The notes under the pieces: model-generated
Database searches by the model: none
Seen by the model: only the letters and a program-made list of their open reading frames with translations
What the model was told of the DNA's origin: nothing
Source of the DNA: Octopus sinensis
Lineage: Eukaryota
Length of the DNA stretch: 64,000 bases
Direction of reading: 5' to 3'
Assembly: GCF_006345805.1 (NCBI RefSeq)
Contig: NC_043024.1
Coordinates: 16,678,001-16,742,000, forward strand
Shown here: positions 25,309 through 37,436 of the stretch, piece by piece
How positions within the stretch are numbered: the first letter of the stretch is position 1
How the letters are laid out: each line of letters starts with the position of its first letter
Translations under genes and position numbers: made by a program

Positions 25309-25643
25309 CAATGGTACTCAACTGGGGTTCATGTGGCCCTTCAAGGTCTATATAAGGTTTTTGGGGGTCTTCACAAACAAAATAGTAAATGGGGGACCTA
25401 CAGTAGTATATTAAGGGTCCATGAAAAATGTTGTTTTAGGTATATTTATTGCATGAAACAGCCAGGTTTCTTTCTGTAATGTTTTACATAGTGCAACCCA
25501 CACAAGTTAAAGAACAAAATAGGAATTTCAAAAGAAGAATCTGGCAAACTAGTTCTTTTAGATATCAAATGGCTATGGGATTCCACCAGAATAGAAATAA
25601 TAATCAAAGGGGTTCATAGATAAAAAATGGCCGAGAAGCACTG
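25309..25643. mobile_element. Old hAT-type MITE
   Basis: Diverged TIRs caatggtactcaac / gccgagaagcactg; related reversed fragments at 63450-63950. Confidence 0.5.
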
Positions 25644-26943
25644 GTTTATGGCAATAGACTTCTATCTCCTGACAGAGCTGACAAAGATTCATCCTCTTGT
25701 TATTAGAAAGCCAGATCCTGCCTGTCTGCAACAATATCTTTGATGTCTCTGACACATTTCTTCCTATATTCTCAACGTTTCAAAGAAGTTCTTTGTCAAC
25801 CTGAAGCAATAAAATTCTTTTAAAAACTCAGAAAAGGTTAATCCTTTTCAAGTTGTAGAGGAGTAATGTGTATACTACTACAATGCTTGCTATGGTGCAA
25901 GTTGGTACCCAGGTGGTGCCACTACAACACTACGCAAAAGCCACCTCATTTCTCTGTTCTGCATTGTACGTGGAACAAAGAGAAAAGTTGGCCAAATGAA
26001 GAAAGTAGACTCTTACTTCCTTTCTGCATTGTTGTGGCTTTCATTCTTCTCCTTGCTCTAAAATAAGCTCTCCATTTGTACAGCACAAGGGTAGAATGGT
26101 TTCTTAATTTGGTGGTGGCTGTTTGGATGCTGCATGGCTGAATGGTTAAGACATTCACTTTGCAATCACAAAGTCCCAGGTTCAATCCCACTGCATAACA
26201 TTTTGGACAAGTGTTTTTGACTACAACCTTGGGTGAGTGAAATTGGATAAATGGATATTGTGTGGAAGCCTGTTGGATGAATTCTACCTGGAATTCAATC
26301 GCCTTGATTTGTCAGCATTGCAATGATTCTGTTTGAGAATTGTGTTAAGGAGACTTGTATCTATGGAATACTCAACCATTTACTTGTTAATTAGTTATTG
26401 TTTCCTTTCTTGTTGTTGCTGTTGTTGTTAACACTATTTAACCCCACATCACCTCCAAACCAAGCAAACTAATAATTAAATACATCATGTCTTGTCTTTT
26501 TGTGTATCTTGAGACATCTTTGTATCCAATGCATCTGACTGCTATTTCTCAAAGGTAAACCAGTCACGTCCAGGCTCCCATGTTATTTCATTCATGTTGT
26601 TGTTGTTGCTATTGTTGTTAATGATATTTAATCTCAGCTCAGCGTTAAGTCAGTGGTCTTGTCATTACAACCATGACCACACCTCCTGTTTCTTTGATAT
26701 CACCAATTTAGACATATTTTCAATGTGTCATTTTATTTTTAAAGATGGTTCAGTGTCATTTAAGAAATTAAGCTGCTATTTCTAGCAACGCAAACAACCT
26801 ATAGAGGTCTCCTTGTCTTGTTGTTGCTAAATTTTTGAATAAGTCCTGGCTAAATTAATTATGTAATTACACACTTCACTTTTTGATGATTCTTTAATTT
26901 ACACCCAAATTCCCCCGATACATTTTAATGTAATCTACACATA

Positions 26944-27305
26944 GGCGCAGGAGTGGCTGTGTGGTAAGTAGCTTGCTAACCAACCACACGGTTGCGGGTT
27001 CAGTCCCACTGCGTGGCATCTTGGGCAAGTGTCTTCTGCTATAGCCCCGGGCCGACCAATGCCTTGTGAGTGGATTTGGTAGACGGAAACTGAAAGAAGC
27101 CTGTCGTATATATGTATATATATATATGTGTGTGTGTGTGTGTCTGTGTTTGTCCCCCTAGCATTGTTTGACCACCGATGCTGGTGTGTTTAGGTCCCCG
27201 TCACTTAGCGGTTCGGCAAAAAGAGACCGATAGAATAAGTACTAAAGGTGGTGCTCCAGCATGGCCGCAGTCAAATGACTGAAACAAGTAAAAGAGTAAA
27301 AGAGA
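26944..27305 (+). mobile_element. tRNA-derived SINE, family A
   Basis: Matches 1967-2368. Confidence 0.85.
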
Positions 27306-27452
27306 GTATACGCACTCAATACACATGCAAAGATCATGCTTATACAGAATAAAGTAAATACACATGCAAACACGCACACATGCCCATCCATCCATCTACC
27401 CACATTTGCATATATACATTCACATATATATATATATATTATATATATATAT

Positions 27453-27867
27453 ATTCAACAATATAAGGAATGGCCATAATAGGACATTCGAGTCACTAGA
27501 AAGAGCAGCCAAACTCAAACCGCTAATAATTGTAATTCTGAAATTGAAAGAGAAATAAAAACGTTTACCCCTTTCATCTCTGAAATTTTGAAAATTTAGA
27601 GCATATAGACTGGAGGCTTCCTTACCATCACCTCGTGGATATATACTTGTCCTAGGCTTCTCTGCTGACGAGGCACGCCAGTTGTAAATAAATTTAATTA
27701 ATTTGTTTACCAAAGTTTGCCGAAACTATGCATAGTCCAGAGATGAAAGGGGTAAACGTTTTTATTTCTCTTTCAATTTCAGAATTACAATTATTAGCGG
27801 TTTGAGTTTGGCTGCTCTTTCTAGTGAGTCGAATGTCCTATTATGGCCATTCCTTATATTTTTGAAT
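27453..27867. mobile_element. Head-to-head inverted-repeat element carrying a hammerhead
   Basis: Arms 27453-27582 and 27738-27867 are reverse complements (two mismatches seen); HHR spans the spacer/right-arm junction. Confidence 0.85.
27659..27743 (+). ncRNA. Type I hammerhead ribozyme (intact)
   Basis: ucucug-CUGACGA-ggca...ugcc-GAAAC-uaugcaua-GUC-cagaga. Confidence 0.9.
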
Positions 27868-27960
27868 GTATAGTATATAGTCTTTGACTATCTTTACTTT
27901 CTCGCTAGACCGCTGGTAGCGGAGAATTTTTTCTAGAATTTTTTGCTACCCTTATATTTA

Positions 27961-28473
27961 TCTATATATATAAAACTGTAGTTGTGTGAGTGTCTGTCCC
28001 CTTCGATTTAGATTCCTAACTACTCCCACATTTTGCGGTGCAGTTTAACTAAATTCGGGTATCTTATAGTCGTGATTCATATCGAGCCCGTCTGCGTATT
28101 AGCGCGCGTCTAAGATGAGTCTACGATTTTAAAAATAATTTAACATCATTTTTTATTCCATTTTAATGCATAATTTTTCGTGTGTCGATGGCGGCAGAGT
28201 TGGCGTCCATGGTCACACCTGCACCTGTTTGCTTCTCCCCCTTCTTCCCTCCCTCGTGAAGCTGTGGGGAAGGGAGTGTAAGGAAATCAACGTCGTAAAG
28301 CGTTGTCAAGGAGACCAGCGTTCTTTTAGAACAACGACTTCATGGCTTGAAGACACCAAAACAGAAATGGCTAAGAAAGTCCGAATTGGCATCTATAAGG
28401 GAAGTAACTCTCTAAAAATGCTTATATAGTTATTTCCTTTACAAACCCGAGCAACGCCGGGCGATACTGCTAG
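27961..28473 (+). mobile_element. Non-autonomous Helitron
   Basis: a|TCtatatatataaa 5' end; cccgagcaacgccggg hairpin + CTAG|t 3' end. Confidence 0.8.
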
Positions 28474-28496
28474 TTATATATATATTATATATATAT

Positions 28497-28531
<35 letters not shown>

Positions 28532-28750
28532 TATAAATCTGAAATACGAAAAATTTTGGCGGGTTTAGTGGCACTACATCCCGTCGGATTCACTCCAAAA
28601 TGTACAGGGACATGTAAAAAGAGGCGAGGATGTTAGTGGGCTAGGTTAGAAATCCCTATCTCTGAAACACCAGCATTAATCTGTGACATCATGTGGTCTT
28701 TCTTGACCAGTAATAAACAGTAGCTTTCTCCTACTGACATCTCATTCTAA

Positions 28751-28800
28751 TTCCAATGGCTGAAGACTAGCATCATACTTGAAACTTAAAGTACCAGGAA
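28751..28800 (+). ncRNA. Hammerhead motif, weak stem II
   Basis: uucc-aa-ugg-CUGAAGA-cuagcaucauacuu-GAAAC-uuaaa-GUA-cca-ggaa. Confidence 0.6.
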
Positions 28801-28950
28801 TTTGAATCAAACTGTTTGCTCTATGCATGTAACTCACAATAAATGTGCTGAGTGCCCTTCTTTCATTTGTCCGCTCACTCGTACGGTTACTCCGGGCTCT
28901 GTTGAGCACCATTCACAAACATCTAACCAACAGTTTGCAATATATATCTA

Positions 28951-29340
28951 AGGCAGCGAACTGGCAGAAACATTAGTGCTCTGGGCGAAATGCTTAGTGG
29001 TATTTCATCTGTCTTTACGTTCTGAGTTCAAATTCCTCTGAGGTCGACTTTGCCTTTCATCCTTTCGGGGTCGATAAATTAAGTACCAGTTATGCACTGG
29101 GGTCAATGTAATCAACTTAATCCGTTTGTCTGTCCTTGTTTGTCCCCTCTGTCTTTAGCCCCTTCTGGGTAGTAAAGAAATAGGCATTTCATCTGTTTTT
29201 ACATTCTAAGTTCAAGATCAACTTTGTCTTTCATCCTTTCGGGGTCAATAAGTTAAGAATCAGTTTTTGATCTAATCAACTGGCCCTTTCCCCAAAAAAT
29301 TTCGGGTCTTGTGTCTAGAGTAGAAAAGAATATATATGTG
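28951..29340 (+). mobile_element. tRNA-derived SINE, family B (with partial second copy)
   Basis: Matches 46183-46400 and 59990-60430. Confidence 0.8.
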
Positions 29341-29487
29341 CATATATATATATATATATATACACACACATAGATATATGCATATATATATATATAGATA
29401 TATGCATATATATACACACATAGATATATGCATATATATATATGCATATATATATATATATATCAGCAACAAGGATATCCAGAGGTA

Positions 29488-29579
29488 ATGCAGTACGATG
29501 ATCGTTTCATGCAACTCCATTTAATTGAACAATGCAATCATTACATCAATTTAATATGTAGAGCAATCTTCAGCCGCAC
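29488..29579 (-). ncRNA. Hammerhead motif in a ~235-bp module between (TA)n tracts
   Basis: gugcgg-CUGAAGA-uugc...gcau-GAAAC-gaucauc-GUA-cugcau; U-U mismatch at the stem II base. Confidence 0.65.
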
Positions 29580-31262
29580 AAAGACATAGAATTTAATTAA
29601 ATTAGAACAGATGGACACATTAGAGTAATTATGCCTAAAATCTCCAATAAGTTAAGGAGATAGACAAAGACCATGTTGTACCTACAGCATCGTAATTGTA
29701 TATATATATATATATATACATCATAGTTGTATATATACAGAGATGGACATAGGCACACACACACACACACATTTACATGCATAAGTATAACACTGAATAT
29801 ATTGTAGGCCACAGTTTCACACCAAGGTCACTGAAATTTTACCATATGACAATATCTTTTCTATGGAAAGGTCGTGGGATCTAGAATATTCACTGAAAAG
29901 CAAAACTAAGAACAATGCATAACTGCAAGCAAACCATTATCGATTACACAAGTAATTCATTTAGGATAATTATTGAAAACGAGAACAGTATTTTGGGAAA
30001 AAGCATGTCTTCTGAGAAAATTTTATTAAAAAAATTTAGGAATAAAATTAAATTTTAGATTCTGCGTTTTTCACACATTTTAATGTAGTTCAACTTGAAT
30101 CATATTCTGAAGGAAGCATTTCTGAAAGAACCACAAATCCTGGAAGAACTAAAGTTTAAATTATCAGTATCATCTTTTTAAAGGAATTTATCCAAACTAT
30201 TGTGAATTCATATATGAATTTATTTTAGGTATTAACAAACCTGGGTAAATCCAGTATGGTTGTTGTATATCTTCATTGTCAATTTACATGTATTTTGCAT
30301 GATATATGTTTATATGTTTGAGTGTATGAATAGGAGAAACTGCACTCAGTAAAGGTAGTAGAGCTCATACTTCAATCCTTCAATTCACTGCTTCATTAGG
30401 TTTCTCATTTAATGAATGTATCTGTGTGTGTGTGTGTGTTGTGTGTGTGTGTGTGTAAATTCTGTCGGTTACTATTAGAGGAGTTCCAGTTGTTCTGGTC
30501 AACAGAGCAGCATGCTTGTGAAATTAACATGTAAGTGACTGAGTACTCCACAGACACACATAACCTTAACATATTTTTCAGAGATTCAGCATGACACAGA
30601 ATGGGACAAGGCCGGCCCTTTGAGTTACAAGTACAACTTATCTTAGCCAGCTGAGTGGACTGGAGCAATATGAGATAAAGTGTCTTGCTCAAGGACAGAA
30701 CTTGAACACTGGACTCTGCCAGGAATCGAAATCATGATCTTATGACCATGAGCCAAGTATCCTAACCACTAAGCCACATGTCTTCCTTATATATATACAT
30801 GTATATGTGTGTGCACATATAAATATAGATGTGTTGGTGTTTGTGTGTGTGTGTGTGTATACACACACACACACACAAGCTTTCCATGTCTTAACATTTT
30901 TTATTGTTATATATATATTTTTTTTCCTTTTTAATGGTGTGAATGTGTACGTGTGTGAGCATATGTATATATATATGTGTTTACATATGTACATATATGT
31001 ATATGCAGGAGTGTGAATGTATGCCTATATATATATATATATATATGTCTATTTATATGTCTAAATGTCTAAATATATATGTATGCTAGCATACACCTAT
31101 GTGTATATGAGGATGAAGCTGTGTGCACATGTGTGTGTGTACGTATATATATATATATATATATCTAAATATATATGTATGCAAGCATACACCTATGTCT
31201 ATAGGAGGATGAAGCTGTCTGCACATATGTGTGTATATATACATATATATATATATATATAC

Positions 31263-31309
<47 letters not shown>

Positions 31310-31572
31310 CATGTGTGTGTGTGGATATGTGTGTATGTGTGAGTACGTACATGCACATATGTGTTTGTGTGTGTATGTGCATGTACATATACATGCTTGT
31401 GTGAGTGTGTATGTATGTAGATTTTATGAACGCAGGAAGTGTTTATGTCTATGTATTGTGATAATATGGTTGTGTGTATTTTTTATCTTTTTTCTTTTAC
31501 TATTTCCCTTTTATTTTTTTCTTTTACTAACTTCCCTTTTATTCAACAGTTTATTATAGCATCTATTGCCAT

Positions 31573-31635
31573 TAATAGCCAAGGAGAATGCACTGTAGCT
31601 CTTAGCTCCGGCATTTGAAACTCTGAGTACTATTA
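31573..31635 (+). ncRNA. Hammerhead with mutated core (CCAAGGA)
   Basis: uaauag-CCAAGGA-gaaugc...gcauuu-GAAAC-ucuga-GUA-cuauua; three stems intact, core positions 4-5 changed. Confidence 0.6.
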
Positions 31636-31715
31636 TGATAACTTACTGATTATCCTAACTTATATATATACTTCCCTAGTTACCTAAGTCTGAGGTTTCA
31701 TTCTTCTGTTATCAC

Positions 31716-31754
<39 letters not shown>

Positions 31755-32293
31755 TATTATTTATATATATAGATAGGGAGAGAGAGAGAGAAAGCAAAAT
31801 ATCAAAAAGAGGATGTAGCACAAGCAGTGTATTAATAAGTTACTTGGAGAAAGAAAAGAGTAGTTGTTTTATATTTCAAGCATAGCTCTTCATCAAAAAC
31901 AGGAAAGTCGAAAGGGAAAGAAGGGAGAGGGAGGAACAAAGTCGCCTATAATGCACACATGCAGTTACTGTGAATGTTGATAACAAGTGGCTGAGAGGAG
32001 AGTAAGTGATAACTGACAAAACAGATGAGTGGTTATAAGATGCATTGCTAAGTACTTCCATCTTTAGCTTCACTGGTAAATGTGAAAAATGGGAACGAGG
32101 ATGATGATGAAGATGAGGGCAAATGATAGAGAGAGTTGTGTATAAAGGGGTTGAGAGATAATAGATGTAGATCTGGCAAGGACGCATGGATGCCCTTCCT
32201 AATGCCAACCACTTCAAAGACTGTACCGTGGCACTATCTACTTACCTACATACCTGTCTGTCAGTCTGGCTGTCTGCTTTACAGCTTCAAGAG

Positions 32294-32812
32294 CAGTGGT
32301 TCTTGAACTTTTCAAAAGATTTCATGTCCTGGTCCCCTTACAGAGTTTTCAATGAGGATAATCAACATGGAAAAAATGACGTGTGTACTGTAATTTCTGG
32401 ATTATGAACCATGCTGCCCATAGACCTGCAACCCCGAAAACCATAGTTTAATCCAGGCAATGCCTTATTGAAAATATAGGGAATCATTTGATCAGTTGGT
32501 TACAAAACAAATGAGAAATGAGAAGTACCGATAGCACATGCACAATCAACCATTATAACTGCATATTCACTGTTGGCCAATCACACATGTACAACATGTG
32601 GGATTAGTAAATAAGTGTGTAGGAGTGGTGTGGGTTTTTGAGGCCAATGAGAAAAAGGATGATAGCATGCGAAAAATTGAAAGTCTTGAAATTTTTAAGC
32701 TTAACTGTCTCAACCCACCCCATTTTCATGATACTTTTCATCCCTTTGCGGTCCCTCTAAAATCACTTCACAGTTCCCTAGGAGACTGCAGACCCCAGTT
32801 CAAGAACCACTG
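32294..32812. mobile_element. hAT MITE with perfect 8-bp TSD
   Basis: TIRs cagtggttcttgaac / gttcaagaaccactg; TSD ttcaagag at 32286-32293 and 32813-32820. Confidence 0.9.
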
Positions 32813-33553
32813 TTCAAGAGGGCCTTGGCTTTTATACTAACCACCTAAACCCTAACTTTAACATCACTCATTCACAGTTAAACTCACCCCACTTCATTCT
32901 ACCAGTTACTTCCTAAAGCATGAACGATTCTATAGATTAACTTCAAAAAATGATGCATGGATGTACAATTCCACTGCACAAAAGAACATCACCATAACAT
33001 GAACATATGAATAATATTAGAAGAACACTACAAGAATAGGTTCAAATACTTTCTTGTATGCAGTCACAGCTTCCATACTTTTTAAAACATTTTTAGCATG
33101 TTAAATAAATATGCATAGAAATGTGTGAGTGGGCCGCATACAATTATGTGTATGCGTATATGTAAGTACACATGTATGTGCATATATGCATATTCAAAAC
33201 TGGATGTGTATATCAATATGTAAACGTATGTATGTCTTTGCATAATCAAGAACCGGTATATTATTTTGTGTGTGCTATTGTCTAATCTCTAAATTCAGGT
33301 TTCTCTCTATAGGTTCAAAGATTATTTCTGGAAGCCATTTTGGTTTTTGGGTTACATTTTCCTTTTTCTTTTTTTTTTCCACCCTCAATTCTCATCCTCT
33401 GAAAAATTATGCAACTCTCACCCAACCCCCTACCCACTTTCTCTTTCTCTCTCATGCCTTTTGTAATGGGTATGTTGTGTGTGTGTGTGAGCACATGTAT
33501 CTGTATGTGTGTGTGTGTGTGTGTGTATACATATCTATAAATATATCTATCTA

Positions 33554-33597
<44 letters not shown>

Positions 33598-33689
33598 TAT
33601 AAATATGTATGTGTATATATGAGTGTGTGTGAGCACGTATGCATGTGTGTGTGTGCATATGTATGTATGAGCACATGTATGTGTGTGCC

Positions 33690-33723
<34 letters not shown>

Positions 33724-33829
33724 ATATATATACACACACACATATAAATATGTATGTGTATATATGAGTGTGTGTGAGCACGTATGCATGTGTGGTGCAT
33801 ATGTATGTATGAGCACATGTATGTGTGTG

Positions 33830-33885
<56 letters not shown>

Positions 33886-34454
33886 TTTATGTGTGTGTGT
33901 GTGTGCATGTGTGTGTGTGTGTGCATATGTATGTGTGAGCAGATGTATGTATGTGTGTTTATGTATGAGTACGTGTATATATATGTGTGTGTTTATATAT
34001 TATTATTATATTTTGTATTTTACGTTGCTTTTAAAATTCTGTTTTAATACACATGTAGCATCCAAAGCAGCAACATTTATACATTTACATATACATGTGT
34101 GTGTTTGTATTAATTGCTTGGTTTATCTCTGTGAACAAACTTATTTTTATGCTGAGATGCATGCATGTGTGTGTATACATATATGTACAGGTATGTCTGT
34201 ATGTGTGTGTGTGTGTACATGTGTGCATGTCACTGTACATATATACATATGCATATACAGGTGCGTGAATGTATACATATTTCTGTAAATTCATTCAAAT
34301 ATGTTAGTGTTTCTTATGTAGTTTACTATATGTTTGTATGTATGTATGTATGTGTATATTTAAAGGGAAAGTTTACAAAAATAAACAAAAGACGAAGGCA
34401 GGTGGAGTACAAACAAACAAATGTATTAGTATAGCGCTCAGGAATAGAAAAGTC

Positions 34455-34505
<51 letters not shown>

Positions 34506-34705
34506 TGTATGTATGTATGTATGTATGTATGTATGTATTTTGATATTATCTGGGTATTAACCTTATAGTATGCTTTCCAAAGCTCTACTTTGAATATTGG
34601 CTACCAAATGTTAGCAAAACCAGAAGGATGTCTCATGTTACTGAATGCACATGTGGTGGAATTCTGCAAATATATAATTTGCCAGTATATTAATGTGTTG
34701 GTGTG

Positions 34706-34780
<75 letters not shown>

Positions 34781-34890
34781 AGAGAGAGAGATGTAGATAC
34801 ATACACACACATACAGATATAGATATATGTATATATCTATCTCTCTATCTATATGTATATGTATAATATATATATATATATATATGTATG

Positions 34891-34948
<58 letters not shown>

Positions 34949-35006
34949 GTATTATGTATGTGTATATATATGTATGCATGTATATGTGTATATATATATA
35001 TGTGTG

Positions 35007-35053
<47 letters not shown>

Positions 35054-35187
35054 CTTTTACTTGTTTCAGTCATTAGGCTGTGGCTTAATGAAGAATTTTC
35101 ATTCGAATGGATCAACCCCAGTAGATATTGTTTTGTGCAGAGCCTGGTGCTTATTCTTTTTCTTTTGCCAAACCACTACTTATATGT

Positions 35188-35302
35188 ATGCATGCATGCA
35201 TGCATGCATGCATGCATGCATGCATGCATGCATGCATGCATGCATGCATGCATGCATGCATGCATGCATGCATGCATGCATGCATGCATGCATGCATGCA
35301 TG
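35188..35302. repeat. (ATGC)n self-complementary microsatellite, ~29 units
   Basis: Directly visible. Confidence 0.95.
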
Positions 35303-35771
35303 TATGTATGTATGCATGTATATGTGTATATATATATATATAAAATCTTTTACTTGTTTCAGTCATTAGGCTGTGGCTTAATGAAGAATTTTCATTCGAA
35401 TGGATCAACCCCAGTAGATATTGTTTTGTGCAGAGCCTGGTGCTTATTCTTTTTCTTTTGCCAAACCACTACTTATATGTATGCATGCATGCATGTATGT
35501 ATGTATGCATGTATGCATGCAAGCCCATGTGTAAAATTCGAGCGAGGTCGTTGCCAGTACCGCTTGACTGGCCCCCATGCCAGTGGCACGTAAAAGCACC
35601 CACTACACTCTCAGAGTGATTGGTGTTAGGAAGGGCATCCAGCTGTAGAAACTCTACCAGATCAAGACTGGAGCTTGGTGCAGCTATCTGGTTCTCCAGC
35701 CCCCAGTCAAACTGTCCAACCCATGTTAGCATGGAAAGCGGATGTTAAATGACAACGATGATGATGATGAT

Positions 35772-35804
<33 letters not shown>

Positions 35805-36171
35805 AATATATGTATTATGTATGTGTATATATATATATATGCACACACACATGCACACACACACAGACACACATACACACAATTGTGTTTTAGATATAAT
35901 TGCATTCTAATTTTATGTTGGTTTTGTTTACTACCAGGCCTTTGTTTACACTTCTCTCAAAGAGAAGATAATTTCAACAAATCAAGATTTGATCTTGTAT
36001 GTTATTTCATAGACCTTTGTTTTACGTTCATGTTCATGCTATTTGCCAAATTGGGTTATTTTTATTAGTGTTTATTGTTGTTTTTTAAGAACAACATTAT
36101 GTAAATTATCCTAGCCATAATTGTTTCCTACTGTACTATCTCATTTGCTAGATTCAACATAAGACAACTGC

Positions 36172-36212
36172 TGTGCTGATGATGCCTATTGAGGTAGAAA
36201 CTCATCTCTACA
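36172..36212 (+). ncRNA. Compact hammerhead motif, stem III mismatch (copy 1)
   Basis: ugug-CUGAUGA-ugccu-auug-aggua-GAAAC-ucau-CUC-uaca. Confidence 0.55.
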
Positions 36213-36554
36213 ACTGTCATTTTGTTTCAAGACAGTCAGACAGTCTTTACACACGCATGCACGAACAGAGAGATAGACAAACACACACACAAACACACAC
36301 ACACAAATGTATATATAGATATATTCATACTTGAATGTAAAACTACGAATTACACCTCCGCTCTTGAACACATGTATCCACAAAAAGTTGTATAATCTCC
36401 TTCAAAGATAATATATAAATTATAAGGTTTAGATTTGATATCTACACACCCGATGACACATCTACATATACATGCAAATCTGTACCTATGTACCTAGATA
36501 TATAGCTAGCTATATAATAGATACATATAGATTTATATTTACATATGTATAAGA

Positions 36555-36606
<52 letters not shown>

Positions 36607-37395
36607 CTTTTACTTGTTTCAGTCATTAGGCTGTGGCTTAATGAAGAATTTTCATTCGAATGGATCAACCCCAGTAGATATTGTTTTGTGCAGAGCCTGG
36701 TGCTTATTCTTTTTCTTTTGCCAAACCACTACTTATATGTATGCATGCATGCATGCATGTATGTATGTATGCATGTATGCATGCAAGCCCATGTGTAAAA
36801 ATTCGAGCGAGGTCGTTGCCAGTACCGCTTGACTGGCCCCCATGCCAGTGGCACGTAAAAGCACCCACTACACTCTCAGAGTGATTGGTGTTAGGAAGGG
36901 CATCCAGCTGTAGAAACTCTACCAGATCAAGACTGGAGCTTGGTGCAGCTATCTGGTTCTCCAGCCCCCAGTCAAACTGTCCAACCCATGTTAGCATGGA
37001 AAGCGGATGTTAAATGACAACGATGATGATGATGATGATTATATATATGTATATATATATATATGCACACACACATGCACACACACACAGACACACATAC
37101 ACACAATTGTGTTTTAGATATAATTGCATTCTAATTTTATGTTGGTTTTGTTTACTACCAGGCCTTTGTTTACACTTCTCTCAAAGAGAAGATAATTTCA
37201 ACAAATCAAGATTTGATCTTGTATGTTATTTCATAGACCTTTGTTTTACGTTCATGTTCATGCTATTTGCCAAATTGGGTTATTTTTATTAGTGTTTATT
37301 GTTGTTTTTTAAGAACAACATTATGTAAATTATCCTAGCCATAATTGTTTCCTACTGTACTATCTCATTTGCTAGATTCAACATAAGACAACTGC

Positions 37396-37436
37396 TGTGC
37401 TGATGATGCCTATTGAGGTAGAAACTCATCTCTACA
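37396..37436 (+). ncRNA. Compact hammerhead motif (copy 2, in duplication)
   Basis: Identical to 36172-36212. Confidence 0.55.
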
